IMG/VR virus record: IMGVR_UViG_3300042398_001110
Span: 1 to 53,865 of that record
DNA: 53,865 bases
Source of the DNA: a virus
Lineage: Duplodnaviria; Caudoviricetes
Direction: 5' to 3' (one strand)
Position 1 is the first letter of the stretch; every line of letters starts with the position of its first letter. Under the pieces are notes generated by a model, which had not been told where the DNA came from, searched no databases, and worked only from the letters and a program-made list of their open reading frames with translations. The position numbers and the translations under genes were made by a program. This document shows positions 28,293-36,652 of this stretch, one piece after another.

Positions 28293-29149
28293 AACCGACA
28301 TTTACTCATAATGTTATTAATAGTTTTTTTCTTTGGTTCGATAATTTCTTAATGACCAAAGGTGACGCTTATAAAACTTATACAACAAAACTATATAATT
28401 ATCAAGACCCTCGACTTGGTGGAGATAAAGTTGTTTACGGATCTCCATATAAACAATGGGTATACGATAAAAACATAACTGGCGCAACAATACCATCTGG
28501 TTTCACAATTAATAATCAATTTGTATCTACTGGTACAAGCGGTATGAGAATTGATTTTGATAATGGCAGAATTATTTTTAATAGCGGAGTTTCAACGGGC
28601 CTGAACATAACCGGAACTTATTCAGTCAAAGAAGTAAACAGTTATATAACAGATCAGCCAGAAGATAATTTAATAATTGAAAACAAATTCGTAACAAATA
28701 GCAGATTCACAGTATCTGAAAATTATATTGCTCCATATAATCCTGTTACTCCTTGTATATTCGCTTCTATACAAACCGCTCATAATACTGCATTCGCTTT
28801 TGGCGGTGAAGACGAAACAAAATGCATTATTAAAGTCGTAGCGTTTTGTGAAAACTTATATCAGCTAGACGGAGTTCTTAGCGTATTTGGCGATTCATAT
28901 AATGAAATATTTAGCATCATACCAATGACAGGTCATCCATTAGGAGAATTCAATGAAATGAAAACTGGCGCATATCCTACAGGATATGATTATAAAAATT
29001 TAAGCAACGCATACAACTCTCAAACTCTTTTTATATCTCATGTCGAAACTTCAAAGATTCGCGATAGCGTTATTAAAGAATTAAATCCAATTCTTCATAT
29101 TGGATTTTTAGACTTTGAAATCAAAACTTATCGATACCCTCGATTATAA
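28289..29149 (+). CDS. Putative tail terminator/neck protein
   Basis: PCIF...FAFGG.DET and GFLDFEI C-terminus; directly upstream of the tube gene; ATGA overlap. Confidence 0.45.
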   Translation: MKPTFTHNVINSFFLWFDNFLMTKGDAYKTYTTKLYNYQDPRLGGDKVVYGSPYKQWVYDKNITGATIPSGFTINNQFVSTGTSGMRIDFDNGRIIFNSGVSTGLNITGTYSVKEVNSYITDQPEDNLIIENKFVTNSRFTVSENYIAPYNPVTPCIFASIQTAHNTAFAFGGEDETKCIIKVVAFCENLYQLDGVLSVFGDSYNEIFSIIPMTGHPLGEFNEMKTGAYPTGYDYKNLSNAYNSQTLFISHVETSKIRDSVIKELNPILHIGFLDFEIKTYRYPRL

Positions 29150-29219
29150 TTTCACAAAAACAACCAATCACTGTAAAAAATATTAACAATTTAACAACAA
29201 TTAAACAAATAAAAAACAT

Positions 29220-30584
29220 ATGGCAAGAAATCGTGTAATATACCAAAGTCAAGCTTTATTTATCGCTCCTAGTGCTACTGGCGTTCAAGTCAGTGGAACT
29301 ACTGGACCTAATGTCGGAATAACATTGTCCCCGACAATCAGCAATCCACTTAACACTGGAGAATTAGCTTCTGGCGTTTCTCTATTGAAAAAAATGGATC
29401 GTATTCAAAATTGTAATTTTAATTTCTCAATCAATAGACAAGATATTAATGAATTCGGCAAACTAGCTCGCATTGATTCTATCGTTATGGAAACTCCAAC
29501 TGTAGGTTTGGACTTTTCATATTACGCAACCGATGGATACAACGAAAGATTGATGGGTTTTAATATTACTGGATTCAAGAGCGATGGAACAACATTTATC
29601 GATGATAATATTGTTAATGGCGCTCAAGCTATTTCCGGATTGTTATCAGATCTTCAAGGAAATAATTATTATATCCTAACCGTTGATGAAGGTGAAGACG
29701 TAGTTGGTGGAAATTTAACTCCAAGTTCAACAATTGTCGCTTTAGGGAATGTCTTTATCAGCGAATACGGTTTCGAAGCTAGTGTCGGCGCAATTCCAAC
29801 CGTATCGGTAACTCTTGAAGCGTTTAATATTAAATCAGACGCTAGTGAAGCTCCATTAATATTAACTGCGGCTGTGACTCCAATTGGTAATGCTGGAGCA
29901 AATATTACTACTATCACTGGAATTAGTCCAGCAGTAGATCTTTTCGCTAACCCCGCTACCAAATTAACCAACGTTAAAAATGGTTATAAACTAGATATTA
30001 GTAGAGATTTTACAGGCTCAATTGGTTCCGCTCCTGGTGTTAACTTTACAGGATTTACTACAGGATCAAGCACTGTTTCCGCTCTTCGTCCCGGCGATAT
30101 CCAATTGACATTGCCATCAAGCGAAGGATTTACAAATTTATCAGCCGCTCACATTCAATCATTCAGTTTCACTCTGCCTCTTTCCAGAACAGTATTACAA
30201 CGTCTTGGAAACACATTCGGTTTCGCTAGAGTAATCGATGTTCCTATTAACATGGATTTAAGTATGAGCGCAATTGTTTCTGAATTGAAAGATGGAAATC
30301 TATTTGATATTCTTGCTAGCCCAACTAAACAAGATTTCACTATTGCCTTGAAAGATTCAAATGGCAATAGAAAGATCGCTTATACAATTAAAGGAGCCAT
30401 ACTACAAGGCGAAACGTATTCTGAAAACATTGGTGATAATCAAACGGTTGATCTAACATACACCGTTCAAATCGGTGGTGCTAATGATACTACTGCTGGT
30501 TTATTTATGTCTGGTAGTTACGCAAACAATCTTGATTCAATAACCAGCGGATTCTTTAAACTAGGAACAGGTAAGCTAGGTTAA
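29220..30584 (+). CDS. Major tail tube protein (internally duplicated tube fold)
   Basis: RIQNCNFNFSINRQDINEFG is echoed by HIQSFSFTLPLSRTVLQRLG; Thr/Gly-rich beta protein followed by a strong terminator. Confidence 0.75.
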   Translation: MARNRVIYQSQALFIAPSATGVQVSGTTGPNVGITLSPTISNPLNTGELASGVSLLKKMDRIQNCNFNFSINRQDINEFGKLARIDSIVMETPTVGLDFSYYATDGYNERLMGFNITGFKSDGTTFIDDNIVNGAQAISGLLSDLQGNNYYILTVDEGEDVVGGNLTPSSTIVALGNVFISEYGFEASVGAIPTVSVTLEAFNIKSDASEAPLILTAAVTPIGNAGANITTITGISPAVDLFANPATKLTNVKNGYKLDISRDFTGSIGSAPGVNFTGFTTGSSTVSALRPGDIQLTLPSSEGFTNLSAAHIQSFSFTLPLSRTVLQRLGNTFGFARVIDVPINMDLSMSAIVSELKDGNLFDILASPTKQDFTIALKDSNGNRKIAYTIKGAILQGETYSENIGDNQTVDLTYTVQIGGANDTTAGLFMSGSYANNLDSITSGFFKLGTGKLG

Positions 30585-30602
30585 TATAAAATAACAATAA
30601 AA

Positions 30603-30634
30603 AACCCCAGTCGAAAGACTGGGGTTCTTTTTTT
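30603..30634. terminator. Bidirectional intrinsic terminator
   Basis: AACCCCAGTC-GAAA-GACTGGGGTT perfect 10-bp stem, T-run downstream and A-run upstream, between convergent genes. Confidence 0.92.
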
Positions 30635-30636
30635 AC

Positions 30637-31149
30637 TTATGGATGACCATATCCATATGGATAATAAAAAAATCCAGATCCTGTAAATATTGGCGAACCA
30701 TCTTCACCAGCCACTTGCACAGGCGCAGCTTGATAAATGTTGTAACTAGATACTAATCTTTCCATTTCTTCTCTAGCGTCATTAGCTAATCCACGATATG
30801 TTTTTGCAAGTTCATTTTTATTTGTACGCGTAATCATCGTGTCGCCTTCACGCAAAGTTACGAAATCCACAGAGCTATCTACTCCGCGCAAAACTTGACG
30901 AGTCTTTTTTGTATAAAACTCATACAAGTACATTTGCTTATATATTGATCTTTCTTCTTGTTGAAAAAACCCTGTTGGTTCAAAATTAGAATTTTGTACT
31001 GAATATTGGCTGTATATTTTTGTATTTAACAAACCAACATTATTAGCAAGCCATCCTGAAATATAATAAAATTGAGCATAGCCGCTATCATACTCAAATT
31101 CATTCGCGAATATTTCATCAGCTAAATCATGTACACTATAAGCTACCAT
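30637..31149 (-). CDS. Putative head-tail adaptor (helical) or virion protein
   Basis: 170 aa helical; LREGDTMITR resembles adaptor beta-hairpins; preceded by the GTGTAA motif. Confidence 0.4.
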   Translation of the reverse strand: MVAYSVHDLADEIFANEFEYDSGYAQFYYISGWLANNVGLLNTKIYSQYSVQNSNFEPTGFFQQEERSIYKQMYLYEFYTKKTRQVLRGVDSSVDFVTLREGDTMITRTNKNELAKTYRGLANDAREEMERLVSSYNIYQAAPVQVAGEDGSPIFTGSGFFYYPYGYGHP

Positions 31150-31158
31150 ATATATATC

Positions 31159-31164
31159 TTACAC
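31159..31164 (-). promoter_or_regulatory. GTGTAA motif 9 nt upstream of ATG 31149
   Basis: GTGTAAGATATATATATG; overlaps the stop codon of the cysC-like gene. Confidence 0.6.
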
Positions 31165-31614
31165 TTTTTTATTTAACTTACGAACTAATTCGTTGTATAT
31201 CATTTTAGAATAATAATTGCTATTCTTACTTTGAACTTCGATATCAAACTTTTTCGGCGGCTCAAATACTTTATTAGTATCTTCGTATGTTGATTCGTTA
31301 ATGGTATTCATAAATATTAAAAAATCAGGATCAAATTGATCTCTAGTTTTTTGAAACGGACATACAAAGTCGCAAATGACTATTTCATTATATTGACCGT
31401 ACATGTCGGCCAAATCTTTCATTCTTTTACCTTGACGTTCACGACCAGTTTCACTGAAGTCCCAATCGTTAAATTGTTCACGAACTTTATCTGCATTTAA
31501 CCAATGACATTTATAATGATGGCTCAAAAGATAAGATAAATCTGCCGCTAATGTGGTTTTACCAGATCCCGGCAAACCCATAATTAATACCTTTAAAAAC
31601 GAACCAATTGGCAT
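31159..31614 (-). CDS. cysC: Adenylyl-sulfate (APS) kinase-like P-loop kinase
   Basis: GLPGSGKTT Walker A, LNADKVR, DFSETGRERQ..RM, ICDFVCP and FEPP motifs. Confidence 0.85.
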   Translation of the reverse strand: MPIGSFLKVLIMGLPGSGKTTLAADLSYLLSHHYKCHWLNADKVREQFNDWDFSETGRERQGKRMKDLADMYGQYNEIVICDFVCPFQKTRDQFDPDFLIFMNTINESTYEDTNKVFEPPKKFDIEVQSKNSNYYSKMIYNELVRKLNKKV

Positions 31615-31624
31615 ATTATATGGT

Positions 31625-32449
31625 ATGGTTGAAAAGATATTTTTTCAATGTTCACTACCTCGGGCAGGTTCGACACTTTTACAAAATGTGCTGGCGCAAA
31701 ATCCTGATTTTTATGCCACGCCAACTAGTGGATTAATTGAAATCTTCCTTAATGCTAGAAATATTTATTCTACAAATATTGAATTTAAGGCTCAAGACAT
31801 CAATGTAGTTGAACCAGCATTCAAAGCTCTTTGTAAAGAAGGCATGTTTGCATATTTTAACGCTATCACTGATAAGAAATATGTTATTGACAAGAGCAGA
31901 GGTTGGAGCGTTACATACGATTTTCTAAATTGGTATTATCCAGAACCAAAGGTTATTGTTATGGTTCGCGATCTGCGAGCGGTTGTGGCGAGCATGGAAA
32001 AGAAGTGGCGACAATATCAGCACATTGATGCTGGCCTTCAGAACTGGAACGAACTTCGTAACACTACGGTTGATAAGAGAATAGATTACTTTTTAATGCA
32101 AGCGCCGCCACTTGCTGTAAGTATTGATGTATTGTATGATACTATTATGCGTAAATTAAGTAAGAAATGTTTGTTTATTAAGTTTGAAAACTTCGCCAGT
32201 AATCCTCAAAGAGAAATGGAACGAGTATACGAATATCTTGAATTACCATTTTATCAACACGACTTTAACAACGTAGAACAAAAGACTTTTGAAGATGACC
32301 GTATGCACATTCCTTTTGGTGACCATACTATTCAAAAAGTAATCAAACCAGTACCTAACGACTATATAGATATTCTTGGAAAACAGAACTGTGATAACAT
32401 ATACAATAAGTTCTCTTGGTTCTATAAAGCTTTTAGTTACGATTATTAA
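31625..32449 (+). CDS. PAPS-dependent sulfotransferase
   Basis: SLPRAGSTLL 5'-PSB motif, IDKSR, MVRDLRAVVAS 3'-PB motif, KFENF..NP...M..VYEYLELP. Start moved to ATG 31625 to avoid overlapping cysC. Confidence 0.9.
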   Translation: MVEKIFFQCSLPRAGSTLLQNVLAQNPDFYATPTSGLIEIFLNARNIYSTNIEFKAQDINVVEPAFKALCKEGMFAYFNAITDKKYVIDKSRGWSVTYDFLNWYYPEPKVIVMVRDLRAVVASMEKKWRQYQHIDAGLQNWNELRNTTVDKRIDYFLMQAPPLAVSIDVLYDTIMRKLSKKCLFIKFENFASNPQREMERVYEYLELPFYQHDFNNVEQKTFEDDRMHIPFGDHTIQKVIKPVPNDYIDILGKQNCDNIYNKFSWFYKAFSYDY

Positions 32450-32469
32450 TTTCTATAGATAAAAAAATA

Positions 32470-32475
32470 GTGTAA
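32470..32475 (+). promoter_or_regulatory. GTGTAA motif 14 nt upstream of ATG 32490
   Basis: GTGTAAAATTAAATACAAATATG. Confidence 0.55.
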
Positions 32476-32489
32476 AATTAAATACAAAT

Positions 32490-32771
32490 ATGAGCGACCC
32501 AACATTCCCAATTATCAATCTACCAAGTGCTGTAGAAATTCAACAAGCTGCTAATACCAGCCAAATCGAAATCCTTCAAACCACAGACGACCCAATCGGT
32601 AAGACTGTAAAGAGTTTGGTAAAGATATCAACCACTCCTTACGCTCATAACTGGTATACAGTATGGTCTGGAGATACATATGATCAAGCTGGTCAATGGA
32701 CGGACACCCAATTGTCTGCCGCCATCGTTACTCTAGTAATGGCAGAATATCCTCCCGCTTTGACACGATAA
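32490..32771 (+). CDS. Small hypothetical protein (possibly abundant fibre-associated protein)
   Basis: 93-aa ORF with its own upstream motif and downstream terminator; W.G..YD.AGQWTD motif. Confidence 0.7.
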   Translation: MSDPTFPIINLPSAVEIQQAANTSQIEILQTTDDPIGKTVKSLVKISTTPYAHNWYTVWSGDTYDQAGQWTDTQLSAAIVTLVMAEYPPALTR

Positions 32772-32806
32772 TAACTGTAGAAAACAATACCAAAAAAACA
32801 TAAAAT

Positions 32807-32840
32807 ACCTCAAGGACATATTGTTCTTGAGGTTTTTTTT
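32807..32840 (+). terminator. Intrinsic terminator
   Basis: ACCTCAAGGACA-TAT-TGTTCTTGAGGT stem (one G.U pair) followed by a T-run. Confidence 0.8.
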
Positions 32841-33605
32841 ATGGCTGAAAAAAAGAAAGTATTAATAGCAACTCCATCTTACGACGGCAAACTGGATGTT
32901 TATTATATCGACTCACTTCTAAACACTTTATCATTAGCTGAAAAGAATAATGTAGAAGTATATCCATTGTTTATTTGTTACGACTCTCTTATTCAACGTG
33001 CGCGAAATGATTTGTTTAAACTTGCTTATAGTAACGATATTGATAATTTGTTTTTTATTGATGGTGATGTGGGATGGAATCCTCAAGATTTTTACAAGCT
33101 GGTAAAAAGCGACAAAGATATTATCGGCGGATCTTATAGAAAAAAGACTGATAACGAAGAGCTTTACGTTGTGAAAGCTCTTGATAAAGATAATTCTAAA
33201 TTAAATTTGAGCGTTGATAAAGACGGCATTCTTGAAGTGGCAGGTTTAGGTTGCGGATTCATGAAAATTTCTCGCAAAGCTATGAACGCTTTATGGGAGA
33301 TTTCTAAACCGTATACCTCAGAAAAAGGTGACACACGAATGGTGTTTGAAGTCGTTTGTGAAGACGGCGATCTTATCAGCGAAGATATTTATATGTGTAA
33401 GAAGTGGCGCAATCTTGGTAATAGCATTTATCTCGATACTAACATCACATGTTCGCACACAGGCGCGAAGACGTTCGTAGGAGACGTTGGTAAATGGATC
33501 AACTCTTTTAAAAATCAAAATACCTTCAATCCACAACCGACAACCGATCTGTCTAAATATTTTGTAAAGAATAATGATGAAGATGATTTTAAAGTTCTTG
33601 TATGA
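32841..33605 (+). CDS. GT-A fold glycosyltransferase
   Basis: VLIATP.Y, SLIQRARN, FFIDGD (DxD), GCGFMKISR, SEDIYMC and CSHTG motifs. Confidence 0.85.
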   Translation: MAEKKKVLIATPSYDGKLDVYYIDSLLNTLSLAEKNNVEVYPLFICYDSLIQRARNDLFKLAYSNDIDNLFFIDGDVGWNPQDFYKLVKSDKDIIGGSYRKKTDNEELYVVKALDKDNSKLNLSVDKDGILEVAGLGCGFMKISRKAMNALWEISKPYTSEKGDTRMVFEVVCEDGDLISEDIYMCKKWRNLGNSIYLDTNITCSHTGAKTFVGDVGKWINSFKNQNTFNPQPTTDLSKYFVKNNDEDDFKVLV

Positions 33606-34564
33606 CGGATATTTACGCAGACATTATTTTATTTGATAGCATAGGTTCTCCATACGATGGAAATACCATGCACAAATGTGGAATGGGCGGCAGCGAGTTT
33701 CAAGCTATTTTACTTCTTGAAGAGTTATCTAAAGAAGGATACAAAGTTATATGCCTAAACAATTCTAATAAAGAATCTTTTGTAAATGGAGTGTTGTATG
33801 CGCCAAACAAGTTGGTTGATAGTTATAAATTCAAGTGCAAGAATTTAATAATCCATAGGTATAGCGAAATTCCTAAAATCGCTCATAAAAAAGCATTCAT
33901 GTGGGCAACCGATTTGAATGGCGTTCATAATCTAAAATTCTATAAGCTATTTGAAGAAAAGAAACTAACTTTAATTACACTCAGTAATTTTCATAACGAT
34001 TTGTTTCCAAAGTCTTGGGACAAGCATGTAATTTATTTCATGATACCTGATTGGGTATATGAGTATTCTATACCAGAGAACAAGAAAGATTATATATACG
34101 CCAGTAGTTTGATGAAAGGATATTCATCCACATTACCATTATGGAAATATCTAAAAAATGAAAAACTACTTAGTAAAACTGATGTATTGAATGTTTGTTT
34201 ACCGGGATATGACAATCCGACCCAAGACATAAGCGAAAAAGATTATGGAATCAATTATCTTGGAACTTTGAAGTTCAAAGAAGTTATAGAACTGATGGCG
34301 AAATGTCGCGGCATGTTTTATGTCAATACTATGCCCGAGACTTTTGGCATAAGCGTTGTACTAGCCGACATATTAAAGACAACCCCATTTGTTTATGGTA
34401 TAAACGGTCTAGGAAGTTTATCTGAATTAATAAATAATAAAAATCTTACTACCGACATGCAAGAATACATCAATATGTTTAAAACTTATTCAAGCTTAAA
34501 TGAAACGCCGCGAAACTTCCGCCCAAAGATGGTTATTAAATGGTGGAAGAAAGTATTGATTTAA
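33602..34564 (+). CDS. GT-B fold glycosyltransferase (GT4-like)
   Basis: GMGGSE N-terminal loop, YASS..KG, PETFGIS motifs. Confidence 0.8.
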   Translation: MTDIYADIILFDSIGSPYDGNTMHKCGMGGSEFQAILLLEELSKEGYKVICLNNSNKESFVNGVLYAPNKLVDSYKFKCKNLIIHRYSEIPKIAHKKAFMWATDLNGVHNLKFYKLFEEKKLTLITLSNFHNDLFPKSWDKHVIYFMIPDWVYEYSIPENKKDYIYASSLMKGYSSTLPLWKYLKNEKLLSKTDVLNVCLPGYDNPTQDISEKDYGINYLGTLKFKEVIELMAKCRGMFYVNTMPETFGISVVLADILKTTPFVYGINGLGSLSELINNKNLTTDMQEYINMFKTYSSLNETPRNFRPKMVIKWWKKVLI

Positions 34565-35190
34565 GGTTTAATAAATAATAGACTTTCGGCAATCAATTCG
34601 TTCTTATCGTTCATAACTGTTTCGACTGGCATAATATAATCAAATTTTAGATCAAACATTTTGTTTAATATTTGATCTTTATTGCAGCCGCCTTCATTAT
34701 AATTATTAAAAGACACTTCGGCGATAACAACTTTAGCGTTTTTAAAAGTATTTATACCGCCTTCTATAATATCTAATTCACTACCTTGAGTGTCTATTTT
34801 TATAAGATCGTAAATATCTTTCACACAATCATCTAATCTATAAATCGGCAACTCTTCGACTATCAAATTTTGTTCGTTATATGTTTGCGAGTTTTCTTTG
34901 TATATAGAATTACCAGAACAAATTGGACTCCATTTTGTTTTATAAAATTTAGTTGTACCGTTGATTTTACCAAGCAATTTTATTTGATAATCGTAAAGTT
35001 GTTTCTGGTATAACTTTTCGCACTCAGCGTTTCCTTCGAATAATAATATGTTTGCGACAGGCCAGATTTGGCGCATAATGTCTGCCGTTTGGCAGACACT
35101 TGCACCGATATCTAATATATTTTTAGGATAAAATCCTTTGTCTCTGAGTAAGAAACAAATTTGAGAATAATAGTCATAAGAATAACCCAT
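34561..35190 (-). CDS. FkbM-family SAM-dependent methyltransferase
   Basis: ILDIGA, FEGN, RLDD, LIKIDTQGSELDIIEG motifs. Confidence 0.9.
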   Translation of the reverse strand: MGYSYDYYSQICFLLRDKGFYPKNILDIGASVCQTADIMRQIWPVANILLFEGNAECEKLYQKQLYDYQIKLLGKINGTTKFYKTKWSPICSGNSIYKENSQTYNEQNLIVEELPIYRLDDCVKDIYDLIKIDTQGSELDIIEGGINTFKNAKVVIAEVSFNNYNEGGCNKDQILNKMFDLKFDYIMPVETVMNDKNELIAESLLFIKP

Positions 35191-35210
35191 GACTATTATA
35201 TAAAAAAAAC

Positions 35211-35813
35211 TTAAGCATTAAAGCCTGGTATTGGATGAAATCCAGAAACGCCGTCAAAGCTTGGCATTGGAGGAAATGGAGGTATAGTTATATTTGGAGC
35301 AGATGTCGGAATGGTGGGCCACACCGCTTGAGTAATATCTGGGATATCTAACATTGTACGCAACTGTTGTCTGAAATTTTTAAAATCAAGTTTCGCGGCA
35401 TCAGACATTGGCGAATCAGACGACTGAGTAAAATCAGTTATCACAAGATATCTATCTCTTATTGTTCTTATGCTTTGTTTTAATTGTTGGGTGCGGATTT
35501 CTATTTCTGAAGTATCTGCGTTTTGTATTGAATAAGAAATTGTGCAAGTTTTTTCATTAATATTGAGTGTTTTGGTTTCTATTAATTTTTGATCAATGTT
35601 TATTGATGGTTTTTCATTAAAGATAGCGACCCAAAACGCTAAATTTGGACTACCTTGCCAAGTTAAATCAGATAACAATTCAGGTGAATTTTGTTCTAAA
35701 AAATTAAATCCACTTGTTGGTCCAAATGATTCCGGCAAATAATTTGGGCCTTGAATTATAGAGTAATTCTGATTATCGATTTTGGTGACTAAAAAATATT
35801 GTTTGTTGTTCAT
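35211..35813 (-). CDS. Tail fibre assembly chaperone
   Basis: IRTIRDRYL..TDFTQ..DSP...FRQQLR....WP motif; downstream of the fibre genes. Confidence 0.85.
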   Translation of the reverse strand: MNNKQYFLVTKIDNQNYSIIQGPNYLPESFGPTSGFNFLEQNSPELLSDLTWQGSPNLAFWVAIFNEKPSINIDQKLIETKTLNINEKTCTISYSIQNADTSEIEIRTQQLKQSIRTIRDRYLVITDFTQSSDSPMSDAAKLDFKNFRQQLRTMLDIPDITQAVWPTIPTSAPNITIPPFPPMPSFDGVSGFHPIPGFNA

Positions 35814-35835
35814 GTTCTTATATTAGATATTTATA

Positions 35836-36648
35836 TTATGGTATTCCAAGTTTAGGTTTCAAGCTTTGAAGAATTGCATCAGCTTTAGCATAGGTAAATC
35901 CTTGGGGGTAAGAATTACTTGTATATTCAAATCCTGACAACCAATCGCCAATTAAAACATTTGGTAAATAATTATCATCCCAACCACCATATTTGCCAAG
36001 AGCAGGAGACCCAGCTGTAGTTAAATTTACTCCTCCGATGCTTGTGTTAACATAAGATTGTCCAGCACTACTATAAATCGCAAAGTATCCTTCATTAAAA
36101 TATTGAGATTGACCTATTAATGCAATATAACGTCTTCCAGCTACTGGTGAAATGCCAGAAGAAACCCCAGAACCGTTCCTAGAAAAAATATAAGGAGCCA
36201 CTCCATATCCTGCAGTGCCTAACCAAAAATCGTGACTACTTCCCTGATATGCTCCTAGAATAATATCAGCACCATATGTAGTATTAGATGCTACGTATTC
36301 CCAACTAACTATAAAAGTGAACTCTGTAGTTCCATAAGCGCTGTAATTACTGCCAGCACTGGTAATAGTTTTTCCCGTACCTGGACTATACCCAGTTGTA
36401 TTATTTAAATGCAACATTCCTCCATATCTGTTTGGATAATAATCAGTCGCAGAAACATTATTAGCCACAAAATTTGAAGCGTTATAAATAGAAATATCTC
36501 TACATGCGGTTAGGCTTTTCCTAGGATTATAACTAAGCCCTTGTCTAAAATTAAGAAGAGTGAAAAAGTTTGCGCCAGATTGACTCGCAATACCTAAACC
36601 ATAAGGAAAGGCGGTTCCGACTATATTTGATGAAGCGTTTGTTATCAT
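35836..36648 (-). CDS. Putative ConA/LamG-like lectin, fibre-associated adhesin
   Basis: Aromatic- and Gly-rich beta protein between fibre and chaperone; FTFIVSW strand and C-terminal helix. Confidence 0.45.
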   Translation of the reverse strand: MITNASSNIVGTAFPYGLGIASQSGANFFTLLNFRQGLSYNPRKSLTACRDISIYNASNFVANNVSATDYYPNRYGGMLHLNNTTGYSPGTGKTITSAGSNYSAYGTTEFTFIVSWEYVASNTTYGADIILGAYQGSSHDFWLGTAGYGVAPYIFSRNGSGVSSGISPVAGRRYIALIGQSQYFNEGYFAIYSSAGQSYVNTSIGGVNLTTAGSPALGKYGGWDDNYLPNVLIGDWLSGFEYTSNSYPQGFTYAKADAILQSLKPKLGIP

Positions 36649-36652
36649 AATT

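Noticed and set aside
3356-30584. Bacterial tailocin or contractile injection system
   Set aside because: No sheath, lysis or regulator genes and no host flanks. Neck-like genes and the phage-type upstream motif favour a true phage.
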